This document shows positions 30,984 to 40,968 of a stretch of 64,000 bases of DNA, piece by piece (position 1 is the stretch's first letter; each line of letters starts with the position of its first letter). The stretch comes from Methanothermococcus sp. Ax23. Lineage in GTDB: Archaea; AGJL01; Methanococci; Methanococcales; Methanococcaceae. The notes beneath the pieces were generated by a model. It ran no database searches. It was not told where the DNA came from and saw only the letters and a program-made list of their open reading frames with translations. The translations under genes and the position numbers were made by a program. Location of the stretch: positions 544,001-608,000 of the forward strand of contig NZ_CP157522.1 in assembly GCF_049075655.1 (NCBI RefSeq). Direction: 5' to 3'.

Positions 30984-31007
30984 TTTTTGACTGTTTTATG
31001 TCAAAAA
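30984..31007. promoter_or_regulatory. Palindromic operator abutting the hcp-operon promoter
   Basis: TTTTTGAC-N8-GTCAAAAA immediately upstream of a minus-strand TTTTATA box. Confidence 0.6.
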
Positions 31008-31208
31008 AAGCTATAAAAATTGTTCTTTTTCATTCATGATTTGATATAATTGTTATGAAAAAAATTTAAAAATTTAATATTGTTTAAAAAATTAGATAAA
31101 TATAACGAAATAACCTTAAAAAGTTATTTAAAATAGAAATACGACAGCATGCTTAGTTTATACTATTTTCCGGACATATGTCTCCTTTACACATTTGATT
31201 TAAAATCG

Positions 31209-31490
31209 TTAATTTGGAAATCTCAGAGCTCCGTATCGGCATGCACTTAGACACAGTGAGCATCCTTTTACACAGTTGGATTTATTTTTTACTACGACTT
31301 TGCCATTTTCAATATCATAAACCCCGTTCCTGCAAAATTTATAACATAATGTGCAGCTTTTACACTTATCGTAATCGATTGTAGGCCCCCATACTTCATT
31401 CAATGATTTATCATTTCCTTCTATTTCTTTTTCTCCATTTTTATTTTCCCTATTTTTCCTTTTAAATATATTCATTATTTTTGAAAACAT
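31209..31490 (-). CDS. 2x[4Fe-4S] ferredoxin with N-terminal extension
   Basis: CKSCTLCYKFC and CVKGCSLCLSAC. Confidence 0.85.
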   Translation of the reverse strand: MFSKIMNIFKRKNRENKNGEKEIEGNDKSLNEVWGPTIDYDKCKSCTLCYKFCRNGVYDIENGKVVVKNKSNCVKGCSLCLSACRYGALRFPN

Positions 31491-31507
31491 AATACTCCCC
31501 TAATAAT

Positions 31508-31915
31508 TTAAAAAATAACTACTTTATCATATATTTTTCCATCTATTTTATCCACCTTATCATAAAATTTGGAAACATCTTTTGAATTGCCCTCTACAAT
31601 AAAAATCTCTACTTTTTTATTTTTTCCGCAGGATGTGGTAATATACGACTGGTTTATTGATTTTACTATGTCGTTATGTTCAAAGTATGCCTTACTCATT
31701 TCTTCCATTGCCTTTTTTGTTGGAGTATATACAACGATAATAATGCCACTAACATTACCATCTTTATTCAACTGATTGCTTTCTAAAACATGCTTTCTTG
31801 TGGCATCCCTTATGAGCTCACTTCTACTTGAATATCCCTTCTTTTCTACAACTTCATCTATCTCCTTTAAGAGAAACTTTGGGAAGGATAAACTAATTCT
31901 TTCAACATTTACCAT
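31508..31915 (-). CDS. NikR-like RHH regulator
   Basis: ERISLSFP...GYSSRSELIRDA plus ACT-like C-terminus. Confidence 0.85.
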   Translation of the reverse strand: MVNVERISLSFPKFLLKEIDEVVEKKGYSSRSELIRDATRKHVLESNQLNKDGNVSGIIIVVYTPTKKAMEEMSKAYFEHNDIVKSINQSYITTSCGKNKKVEIFIVEGNSKDVSKFYDKVDKIDGKIYDKVVIF

Positions 31916-31919
31916 GGTG

Positions 31920-32774
31920 CTATCCCCTCATATTTTTTATATACTCTGGTGTGGTATCCTGCGGGACGCCATAATGAAACTCCCTTGAAGCTTCAAAAAT
32001 TTTTATACATCTATCTCCAAATCTCTCAACATCTTTTAAAAACATTCCAAATTGAACATAATAGTTTATATCCTCTGATTTACATCCCCTATCTGAAATA
32101 TTTTTCATAATTTCATCTAATTTTTTATGCAAGTTTTCCTCTAATTCATATATTTTAAAACTTATTTTTTTATTTTTTACCACATCCATGGCAATTATAA
32201 ACATTTCTTTGATAATAGCAAATATTTCATCAACATTGTCGGATAAATAATCCTTTACCTCTAATCCATTTGTAATCTCTTCGGCAATATTTGATATATA
32301 ATCTCCGCATCTTTCAATATTTGAAGCAATTAACGATAAAAGCATTGCCTGTTCCATTGGCAAATACTTTAAACTGTCCATTTTAATTGATAGGTGAATT
32401 TCTTCTTCCATTTTATTTAATGTATAATCCTGAAAAATTATGCTCTTTGCATCCTCTAAATTGTGAGTTTTTAACGCATTAAATGCTTTATCCAAATTAT
32501 ATAATACATTATTTCCCATCTTTTCAAACATTTCAATGATATTATTCAATGGCTTGTCAATGTCTTGATATACGCCAAGTTCAGACAACTTATCCATATT
32601 AACAACATAAGGATGCATTACAACCCTTTTTTCTATCAAAGGCTTTAAAAGTTTTGCAACATACCTTCTACTTATATTAAGTTTTTGGGCTATCTCATCC
32701 TGAGTCTCTGGTTCATCTTCAATTATAATCTTGATAATTGCCGCCAATGTGGCTTCTTTTCCCCTTAGCATCAT
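31920..32774 (-). CDS. HTH plus PhoU-domain regulator
   Basis: TQDEIAQKLNISRRYV HTH; PhoU motifs IERCGD and VERFGD. Confidence 0.85.
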   Translation of the reverse strand: MMLRGKEATLAAIIKIIIEDEPETQDEIAQKLNISRRYVAKLLKPLIEKRVVMHPYVVNMDKLSELGVYQDIDKPLNNIIEMFEKMGNNVLYNLDKAFNALKTHNLEDAKSIIFQDYTLNKMEEEIHLSIKMDSLKYLPMEQAMLLSLIASNIERCGDYISNIAEEITNGLEVKDYLSDNVDEIFAIIKEMFIIAMDVVKNKKISFKIYELEENLHKKLDEIMKNISDRGCKSEDINYYVQFGMFLKDVERFGDRCIKIFEASREFHYGVPQDTTPEYIKNMRG

Positions 32775-32989
32775 ACCACAGATTTTTATTTTAATTTTTA
32801 ATCAATTTTTTAAATTAATTTTATAAATATATTGGATTTATTATATTTAGATTTGTATGATATATACTTCATATAACCACCTTTTTTGATATTAAATATT
32901 ACTTAGGTATTCAAATAATATATTTTTAAGTAATCAAATAAAAAGTTTATTAACAGAAATGTTTATATGTGAGTTAATCATATTGTTTA

Positions 32990-33247
32990 ATGTCCAGCTC
33001 TCATCAACTTCAACTTAAACTTTAAACGCTCCATTGACATCTGCATGGAATATTTTTTTAAGCAACTCCCGAGCTGTTCCCTTATAGAACAGTAGGGAGG
33101 ATGGACTGTCCCATAATAATACGGGAGCGGGTGTCGATGATAAAGGTATTCAAAATATATCGGATATAATTACATGAAACTTATGGTATATTTTAAATAT
33201 CTTTTGAGATACCTTATTATTCAGTTCAATATACATCCATAAAACCA
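32990..33247 (+). ncRNA. Standalone TnpB omegaRNA-like RNA with tnpB-antisense 5' leader (putative)
   Basis: TATA box TTTATATG at 32962; scaffold shares motifs and predicted pseudoknot with the RNA downstream of tnpB (41740-41915). Confidence 0.65.
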
Positions 33248-33256
33248 ATACAATAA

Positions 33257-34027
33257 TTATTGGTGGTTATATGATTTAAGCACTTCATCTTTTAGTTTAT
33301 CAACTATTTGTTTTTTATATTCTAAAAATTCCACAGTATTTCTCTTCCTAGGTCTATCTAAACTAATATCCACAATATCCTTTACTTTTCCCGGTCTTGC
33401 AGTCATTATAATTACTCTATCTGATAAATAAACTGCTTCTTCAACACTGTGAGTTATAAAAACTACGGTTTTTTTATCTTTTTCCCATATCTTTAAAAGT
33501 TCATTTTGCAATATTGTTCTTGTTTGGGTATCCAGAGCTCCGAAAGGTTCGTCCATCAGCACAATTTTTGGGTCATTTGCAAGGGTTCTTGCAATTGCCA
33601 CCCTCTGTTGCATTCCTCCACTGAGCTCATATGGGTACGCATCTTCAAAACCTTCCAAACCTATCATTTTTATAAACTTTCTTGCTACTTCATCCCTTTC
33701 TGCCTTTGGAACTCCTTTTATTTCCAAGCCGAAACCCACATTTTCCAAAACAGTTCTCCAAGGTAGCAAGGTATATTGCTGAAACACCATGCCCCGTTCT
33801 GCGTCGGGTTTTTCGATTTTTCTTCCTTCAATAAGTATCTCTCCAGAAGTGGGTTTTTCAAGCCCTGCAATCATCCTCAATATTGTGGATTTTCCGCACC
33901 CACTTGGTCCCACAATAGATAAAAATTCGTTGTTTCTAACTTCAAAATTTACATTATCTACTGCTAAAACTTCCTTTTTCTCCGTGATAAATTTCTTAAC
34001 AACATTTTTAATTTCCAATATCGCCAT
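33257..34027 (-). CDS. ABC transporter ATPase (nitrate/sulfonate type)
   Basis: GPSGCGKST, LSGGMQQR and MDEPFGALD. Confidence 0.93.
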   Translation of the reverse strand: MAILEIKNVVKKFITEKKEVLAVDNVNFEVRNNEFLSIVGPSGCGKSTILRMIAGLEKPTSGEILIEGRKIEKPDAERGMVFQQYTLLPWRTVLENVGFGLEIKGVPKAERDEVARKFIKMIGLEGFEDAYPYELSGGMQQRVAIARTLANDPKIVLMDEPFGALDTQTRTILQNELLKIWEKDKKTVVFITHSVEEAVYLSDRVIIMTARPGKVKDIVDISLDRPRKRNTVEFLEYKKQIVDKLKDEVLKSYNHQ

Positions 34028-34094
34028 AAAAACACCAATTAGCATTTTTTAATGCAGCAAATAAAATATATAAAATAAATATAAATTATAAACT

Positions 34095-34859
34095 TTATTT
34101 CATCATAGTTTTCCATTTGAAGTATCTATTTTCAATATATCTTAGCCCTCTGTCAAGGGTTAATCCTATCAATCCTATTATTACCATAGATGCCACAACG
34201 ATATCCATTTTACTAAGTGAATAGGCATACATAATTAAATATCCTAAACCAGCATCACTTCCTGGAAGCATCTCAGCCGCCACAACACACATCCAAGCTA
34301 TACCTGCCCCTACTCTCAATCCAGTTAAAATCCCCGGTGAAGATGCAGGAATAATAACTTTTAAAAGTATATCCTTTTCCTTAGCTCCTAATGTTTGAGC
34401 AGATTCTACAAGTATCTTTGGAACGCTTTTTACACCGGCAATTGTGTTTAGCAATATTGGAAAGAACGCACCGATGAATATAATAAACAGCATGGAAGTT
34501 TCCCCTATTCCAAACCATGCAAGAGCAAGTGGAACCCATGCAAGTGGTGGTATTGGTCGCAGGAGCTCCACAAATGTATCAAATAAATCATGAATTATTG
34601 AAAAATATCCCATCAATATACCAAGTGGCACAGCTATAATTCCTGCCACTAAAAAACCAGATAAAACTCGCTTAATACTAACAATCGTGTTATCCACAAG
34701 ATTTATCCCTGTTCCTAATATGGGGTTTTGGGGGTGCATTAAAACATTGATAACATCTTCCAATCTCGGCAATATAACAGGATTATTTAACCATATAGCC
34801 ACCCCTTCCCATAAAACAAGACCAAATATAGGTAAAACTAAATTTTTTATAAGTTTCAT
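34095..34859 (-). CDS. ABC transporter permease (nitrate/sulfonate type)
   Basis: LRPIPPLAW, EAA-like loop ESAQTLGA, VVAAEM. Confidence 0.92.
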   Translation of the reverse strand: MKLIKNLVLPIFGLVLWEGVAIWLNNPVILPRLEDVINVLMHPQNPILGTGINLVDNTIVSIKRVLSGFLVAGIIAVPLGILMGYFSIIHDLFDTFVELLRPIPPLAWVPLALAWFGIGETSMLFIIFIGAFFPILLNTIAGVKSVPKILVESAQTLGAKEKDILLKVIIPASSPGILTGLRVGAGIAWMCVVAAEMLPGSDAGLGYLIMYAYSLSKMDIVVASMVIIGLIGLTLDRGLRYIENRYFKWKTMMK

Positions 34860-35062
34860 AAGCTACCTCCCATCTTTTGATTTAAAATTTAAAAATCGAA
34901 GCTTTGCTTCGTAGCGAAATATTATTTTACCAACATGTTAATTTCCTTGAAATCCTATTTATGATTTTATTTGATATTTATCTTATAATAAATATTATTT
35001 AAAAATATTTATTAAAATATTAAATAATTATAAATAATTATAAATAATTAAAAATAATAAAA

Positions 35063-35626
35063 TTAGTTGGTGCCCCCGCATAAGGCAATAACAAATCTTG
35101 ATTCTGCTTTATCAAGTTCCTTTAATGAATTTCCTTCTATAATATAACTGTTATTGTATTTTTCAATTGTTGCATTCCTACTTCCTTTTATAATCTTAAT
35201 AACCATAGTTTTATTGCTATTTTTTACCTTGTAGATTTCTTCAGTATTATTAAATACACTTTTATCGGCAAGTATGTGGGGATAATATTGATTAAAGAAT
35301 TTTAATTTCATTATTAAATCGGTGGTTGCTACTCCTCCTTCATTATTTGGTAGAGATTCATTGTATTCAAAATATATTATTTTATGAGCAAGGTAATAAT
35401 TTCGTATATCAGTATCATTTGTGTTTATTAATTGTGTAGATAATGCTTCGCCTACTGTCGCCCTTAGTGGCACTTTAATGCTGTTATTTTCAAAATTCAT
35501 GAAAATATAGTCATTATAATAATTACTGTTGCCATAATTATTATTACCTGAGCTCTGTTTATCAACGCATAGACATAAACTGCTCATTAAAATTATGGAA
35601 CAGATTAGCAGTATGAGTTTTTTCAT
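35063..35626 (-). CDS. Hypothetical secreted/lipoprotein
   Basis: Basic N-terminus, hydrophobic stretch, LCLC lipobox-like motif. Confidence 0.7.
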   Translation of the reverse strand: MKKLILLICSIILMSSLCLCVDKQSSGNNNYGNSNYYNDYIFMNFENNSIKVPLRATVGEALSTQLINTNDTDIRNYYLAHKIIYFEYNESLPNNEGGVATTDLIMKLKFFNQYYPHILADKSVFNNTEEIYKVKNSNKTMVIKIIKGSRNATIEKYNNSYIIEGNSLKELDKAESRFVIALCGGTN

Positions 35627-35650
35627 AGTATCTACCTATTTTATTTTTAT

Positions 35651-36814
35651 TTATTTAGCCAATAACTCATCGACTATTTTTTCAAATGTTTCATCATCTA
35701 TATGAGCTCCTTCTTCCCTGGTCTCCTTTACCTTTTTAACAATTTTCCACAATTTATCCTTGGAAACTTCAATTCCCATCTCTTTTAGTTTAGACTCCAC
35801 AGCCTTGCATCCTGAATGCTTTCCAAGAACAATTTCTCTTTTTTGACCGATTTTTTCAGGAAGAAACGGCTCATAAGTTAGTGGATTTTCAAGCACTGCA
35901 TCAACATGAATACCGCTTTCATGATAAAATACTCTGTCCCCCACTATTGGTTTATTTACAGGAACTGTTATTTTGGAGTATTCTTCTACCATTTTAGAGA
36001 GCTCCTTTATCACTGATATATTCAAGTCCATTTCAACATCATATAAAACAGTCAATGCCATGATGAGCTCCTCCAATGGTGCATTTCCTGCCCTCTCACC
36101 TATTCCATTTACTGTGGTAGATACTGCCTTTGCACCACCCATAAGCCCATAAATTGAGTTTATTACTGCAAAACCAAAGTCATTGTGGCAATGAACTCCA
36201 ATATGTGCCTTTTTTAAATTTTTGCTTAATTCTGAACATATATAATTTATAGACTGGGGTGTGCCTGCACCTGTTGTATCTGCAATATGGACTCTATCTG
36301 CCCCATGCTCTTCTGCATTCTTGTGAATTCTTATTAAATCTTCAATAGGGGTTCTTGTGGCATCTTCTGCTGAAAATGCTACAAAAAGACCATGGTCTTT
36401 TGCATATTCCACTGCCCTCATCCCCATTTCCTCAACTTCTTCAATGGATTTACGAAGTTTATATTTTAAATGAAGGGGTGAAGTTGCTATAAAAGTGATT
36501 ATCCCATCTACATCACAGGCTATTGCCTTATCAATGTCCTCTTTTAGAGCTCTCGATAGTGCCAATATTTCTGCATTCAGTCCTTCATTGGCTATCTCCT
36601 TTACAATCTCTCTTTCCTTTCTTGATACCGCAGGAAATCCTGCTTCAATTTGTTTAATGCCCAGTTCATCCAGTTTTCTCGCAATGTTTAATTTCTGCTC
36701 CTTTGTAAAACAAACACCAGGTGTTTGTTCTCCATCTCTCAATGTTGTATCATAGATATAGGCATCTTTTAGGTTTAATTTTGGATTATATTGGCATACT
36801 GCTTTCCATTCCAT
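35651..36814 (-). CDS. aksA: Homocitrate synthase (coenzyme B pathway)
   Basis: DTTLRDGEQ, HCHND, GERAGNA and HESGIH; no LeuA regulatory domain. Confidence 0.85.
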   Translation of the reverse strand: MEWKAVCQYNPKLNLKDAYIYDTTLRDGEQTPGVCFTKEQKLNIARKLDELGIKQIEAGFPAVSRKEREIVKEIANEGLNAEILALSRALKEDIDKAIACDVDGIITFIATSPLHLKYKLRKSIEEVEEMGMRAVEYAKDHGLFVAFSAEDATRTPIEDLIRIHKNAEEHGADRVHIADTTGAGTPQSINYICSELSKNLKKAHIGVHCHNDFGFAVINSIYGLMGGAKAVSTTVNGIGERAGNAPLEELIMALTVLYDVEMDLNISVIKELSKMVEEYSKITVPVNKPIVGDRVFYHESGIHVDAVLENPLTYEPFLPEKIGQKREIVLGKHSGCKAVESKLKEMGIEVSKDKLWKIVKKVKETREEGAHIDDETFEKIVDELLAK

Positions 36815-36886
36815 CTTTTCACCAAAAGTATCACTAATATAAAAAAAATATTAAAAAATATTAAATATTAGTTATAAATAAGAATT

Positions 36887-38392
36887 TCATTTTTTCACTT
36901 CTAATATATATACTGTATCCTTAGCTTTGAGTTTTTTGAGAACATCCTCATTTTTAACAATTTTACCTACGATATTTGTCCCCTCAAATGTCTCACCAGT
37001 GGGTCCATACTTATCATTTGAACTTAATCTTGTGCCGATATATCCCTTGTATCTTTTAACCATGTTAGTTACCCCAATGTATCCACCTTCCAGAGTTCCA
37101 GTTGGAGTATTCTCTGGCAATAGTCCTTTTGCATACTCGTCATTTCTTTCAAACATTGCCATATCGCCAGTTTTGAAATAAACATTCAATGTCCCTATAC
37201 TTTTTGTCGTGAGTCCGGTGGTTTTTCTAAAATACCATGCTGTATTTGGGGCTTTGTCATCATATATTTCAACATATAATAACTTATCGGGAGATATTCC
37301 TTTGGTAACTACTTCTTTTGATTTCAAAACATCCATGGTGTATTCCGGACTTTGTTCTATTACTATGGCATCTTCGTTAGTGTCTCCTTCCATTGTGTGA
37401 TTAATTCCGTGCTTTTTAAATAATTCGGATGCTTCTTTTTGGGTTTTTCCTATGGCATTTAACCGTTCTGGTTTTGACACCACAGATATAATCCCCTCGT
37501 CTGAAAAATCCACGAGCTCCATACCTTTGGTTATTCTACCCACTACGGTGTGGGATAATGAAGATGCCCGGTTCTCTTTATAAATATATACCTTACCAAC
37601 TCCGTCCCCCGTATTTCTAACGGTAATTGAACCTCTTTTTCTATCTTCAAGATTTTCTTCATCAATGCTAAGAGTCTGCAATCTACAATCTGCAATAAAT
37701 GTATTTGTGCCCTCTGTGGCTTCAAAATATCCATCTTCCATTAATGCAAGTGCATGCTCCACAGTCTTTGAAGGTCCTTCAAATTCTGCCTCACAATATG
37801 TCCATATTTCCCATCCATCTTCTAGTTCAGTATTTAGGTCTGTTGTTGTCAAATAATCTATTTTTTCTTTTGATTCCCTTATTGGTTCAATGGATATTAT
37901 AGAATCCTCAGGCGTTAATTCAGACAATACTCTTTTCCCACCAATTAATATACCTATTTTTGGACTTTCGATGCCATAAATCTCCTGAGTATCTTTTTTA
38001 ACAAATACAAGGTGTCCCTCAGTCTTATCAAATCCAGAAATGCTTAATACAACATCCCATTTTTTGAATTTTTCAGGTTTGTTGCTCATTTTCAAGTCAA
38101 TTGTTATATTTCCAAATGATACATCAGAAACACTTCTCCATCTTACATTTTTACCTTTGAATTTCTCATAATTATTATTCCAGAAATCCACAGTGCCGGA
38201 GCTCTCGGTGATTCCAATAATCATGGAACCTTTTGTAGTGGTTATCTTATATTTTTTTGATTCTTTTTCCACTTCTTTTTTTATTCCTTTTATAATTACT
38301 ATATTTGCCCCCATCTTGTATGGTTCTCCTGCTATAACCTCTTTAAGAAACTTTCCAGATTTCTTGGTGTTATTAACCAATACCTCAGCCAT
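36887..38392 (-). CDS. Methanogenesis marker protein 3
   Basis: Cyclophilin-like domains, [19 protein letters not shown] and YGPTGE. Confidence 0.88.
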   Translation of the reverse strand: MAEVLVNNTKKSGKFLKEVIAGEPYKMGANIVIIKGIKKEVEKESKKYKITTTKGSMIIGITESSGTVDFWNNNYEKFKGKNVRWRSVSDVSFGNITIDLKMSNKPEKFKKWDVVLSISGFDKTEGHLVFVKKDTQEIYGIESPKIGILIGGKRVLSELTPEDSIISIEPIRESKEKIDYLTTTDLNTELEDGWEIWTYCEAEFEGPSKTVEHALALMEDGYFEATEGTNTFIADCRLQTLSIDEENLEDRKRGSITVRNTGDGVGKVYIYKENRASSLSHTVVGRITKGMELVDFSDEGIISVVSKPERLNAIGKTQKEASELFKKHGINHTMEGDTNEDAIVIEQSPEYTMDVLKSKEVVTKGISPDKLLYVEIYDDKAPNTAWYFRKTTGLTTKSIGTLNVYFKTGDMAMFERNDEYAKGLLPENTPTGTLEGGYIGVTNMVKRYKGYIGTRLSSNDKYGPTGETFEGTNIVGKIVKNEDVLKKLKAKDTVYILEVKK

Positions 38393-38605
38393 TTTTTATC
38401 AACTCCAATAATATCAACCAGAATATATTTATATGAGCAATTAAATATAATTAAAACTTACTATTTAATAGTAGATTAATATAAGTTATAAAAATATTAT
38501 AAAATTATTCCATAATTTTTATTTTATCAATATTTAACAATTATTTAACATAATATGTAATATATATTTTTTTATAATTATCTTACAACATTTATAAGGG
38601 ATAGT

Positions 38606-39028
38606 ATGGAAATGGAAAAATTAAATGAACAGAAAGAAGAAGCTGTAAAAAAAGAAAAAACCGAAAAAAGGCTGACTTCCAGAGCTAAAAAAATGCTTAG
38701 AGCTCAGTCCCACACAATAACACCAGTGGTGTGGGTTGGAAAAGAAGGCGTAGATAAAGTAATAATGGAAGTTAAGCGACAGATAAAAGACAGAGGGCTT
38801 ATAAAAGTCAAAATTAGAAAAAGTGCATTAGAAAATAGCGATAGAAAAGAAATTGCAGAAAAAATAGCCACTGAAACAAACTCTGAAATAGTAAGTTTGG
38901 TAGGAAATGTAATTACATTATTTAAGCCAAGAGAAGGCTGGAAGAGATACACCACTAAAAAACCTAAAAAAGAGAGATATATAGAAGAATTCGAAAAGTT
39001 CAGAGCAGGTCGAAAGCTTAAAAAATAA
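38606..39028 (+). CDS. YhbY/CRM RNA-binding protein
   Basis: LRAQSH..PVVWVGKEG and LIKVK. Confidence 0.88.
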   Translation: MEMEKLNEQKEEAVKKEKTEKRLTSRAKKMLRAQSHTITPVVWVGKEGVDKVIMEVKRQIKDRGLIKVKIRKSALENSDRKEIAEKIATETNSEIVSLVGNVITLFKPREGWKRYTTKKPKKERYIEEFEKFRAGRKLKK

Positions 39029-39301
39029 AAATAGTTAAGTTATAAGGACACCAATAGAAAATAATATATATAGGTTTGTAAAATTATAATAAAGATTGCC
39101 CGGTTATGGATTTTGAAAATTTGGCATAGATTAAAAACCAATAATTAAACCTATTAAAATTTTTTGAAGTTAAGAATTTTATCTTTTATAATATATTAAC
39201 CTATAATATGTAAAAGAGATAATATATCGTAAAAAGTATAAAAATAAATAAAATCGATAAATAATTAATAAAAAATAAAAATAAAAAAATGAGGTGCTTA
39301 A

Positions 39302-39748
39302 ATGACAACAGTATATGATGTTCCCCCAACAAAATTAATTGAAAAATTAGCAGAGAAGTTAAAAGAAATGAATATCGAAGAACCATCATGGACAGCATTT
39401 GTTAAAACAGGAGCTCACAAAGAAAGACAGCCAGACAATGACGACTGGTGGTATGTAAGATGCGCTTCCGTTCTCAGAAAAATATATACAAACGGACCAG
39501 TAGGTGTTGAAAAATTAAGAAGTGCATATGGTGGAAGGAAAAACAGAGGACACAAACCAGAGAAATTTGTAAAAGGTAGTGGAAATGTTGTAAGAACAGC
39601 ATTGCAGGCATTGGAAAAATTGGAGCTCGTTAAAAGAACAAAAGAAGGTAGAGTAATTACACCAAAAGGTCAGTCATTGGTGGATAATACCGCAAAAGAA
39701 GTTAAAGATGAAATAATTAGTGAAATTCCAGCATTATCAAAATACTAA
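39302..39748 (+). CDS. rps19e: 30S ribosomal protein S19e
   Basis: VKTGAHKERQP..DWWYVR and GSGNVVR. Confidence 0.97.
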   Translation: MTTVYDVPPTKLIEKLAEKLKEMNIEEPSWTAFVKTGAHKERQPDNDDWWYVRCASVLRKIYTNGPVGVEKLRSAYGGRKNRGHKPEKFVKGSGNVVRTALQALEKLELVKRTKEGRVITPKGQSLVDNTAKEVKDEIISEIPALSKY

Positions 39749-39785
39749 TTACCTAAACCTATTTATAGCACTGCTGAGGGAAATT

Positions 39786-40130
39786 ATGGACCCAGAAGAA
39801 ATAAAAAGAAGAAAACTGCTGGAAATGCAGCAAGCTGCTGCTGCCAATGCCGGTGTTGATGAACAGGCACTTCAACAGCAACAGCAGTATGAGCTCCAAA
39901 AAAGAAAAATACTTAAACAAATTTTATCTGAACCTGCAAGGGCGAGATTATCAAGAATTAGGATGGTGAAACCTGAATTCGCCGAACAGGTTGAACTTCA
40001 ACTTATTCAGCTCGCCCAGATGGGGAGATTACAAATTCCTGTTTCCGATGAGCAGTTAAAACTGCTTTTGGATAAAATATATGAAATGGGCAAATCTAAA
40101 AAGAAAGATATTAAATTTGTTAGAAAATAA
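39786..40130 (+). CDS. PDCD5/TFAR19-like DNA-binding protein
   Basis: ILSEPARARLSRI..VKP and VELQLIQLAQMG; conserved position after rps19e. Confidence 0.92.
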   Translation: MDPEEIKRRKLLEMQQAAAANAGVDEQALQQQQQYELQKRKILKQILSEPARARLSRIRMVKPEFAEQVELQLIQLAQMGRLQIPVSDEQLKLLLDKIYEMGKSKKKDIKFVRK

Positions 40131-40150
40131 ATGGTTAATAAGGTTTTGAT

Positions 40151-40747
40151 ATGGAAAAAGTTCATGTTCTATTTAGCGGTGGGAAAGACAGCTCATTATC
40201 TGCCATACTTTTAAAAAAACTTGGCTATGAACTTGAACTTATAACTATAAATTTTGGCATCCTTGATTCTTACAGGCATGCCCAAGAAACCGCAAAAATA
40301 TTGGGTCTCCCACATAGCGTAGAGTTTTTAGATGGAGAAATACTTGAAAAATCCGTGGATATTATCTTAAAAGATGGATTTCCATCTAATGGAATCCAAT
40401 ATATTCATAAAACCGTTATCGAAATCCTATCCGATAAATATAAACTTATTGCAGATGGAACAAGAAGGGACGACAGAGTTCCGAAATTATCTCATTCAGA
40501 AATTCAAAGCATTGAAATGAGAAAGAAAATTCAATACATAACTCCATTGATGGGATTCGGTCATAAAACCATTAGGTCTCTTGTGGATAACTACTTCGTC
40601 ATCTCTGAAAAAGAAAGTGAGGATTTATTAAAATCCGATTATGAAACTGAGATTAGAGAACTAATAAAACTAAGAGGGGAAAATCCATTAGATTATTTCC
40701 CAAAACACATTCAATCAAGAGTTATAGGTCTTAAAGAAAAAATTTAA
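40151..40747 (+). CDS. PP-loop ATPase
   Basis: LFSGGKDS, DGTRRDD and SDYE motifs. Confidence 0.85.
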   Translation: MEKVHVLFSGGKDSSLSAILLKKLGYELELITINFGILDSYRHAQETAKILGLPHSVEFLDGEILEKSVDIILKDGFPSNGIQYIHKTVIEILSDKYKLIADGTRRDDRVPKLSHSEIQSIEMRKKIQYITPLMGFGHKTIRSLVDNYFVISEKESEDLLKSDYETEIRELIKLRGENPLDYFPKHIQSRVIGLKEKI

Positions 40748-40768
40748 AAAAACAACGAGGTGTATATG

Positions 40769-40924
40769 ATGTCATCAATTAAACCACATGCTAAAAAATT
40801 AAGACTTGCTAAGGCTTTAAAACAGAACAGAAGAGTTCCATTATTTGCAGTTGCAAAAACAAAAGGTAAAGTAAGAACACACCCAAAAATGAGAAATTGG
40901 AGAAGAAACACACTTAAAAAATAA
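40769..40924 (+). CDS. rpl39e: 50S ribosomal protein L39e (not in the ORF track)
   Basis: Hand translation [51 protein letters not shown]; GAGGTG RBS. Confidence 0.95.
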   Translation: MSSIKPHAKKLRLAKALKQNRRVPLFAVAKTKGKVRTHPKMRNWRRNTLKK

Positions 40925-40968
40925 ATAAAATAAATAAACTGTATATTTATAAATAATAAAATACTTTT

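Noticed and set aside
32869-33274. 13-bp inverted repeat TCATATAACCACC flanking the 33 kb RNA, and a partial match of its predicted guide to 32862-32879
   Set aside because: One arm lies inside the ABC ATPase coding end and the guide match is gapped and AT-rich; cannot be separated from chance by eye.
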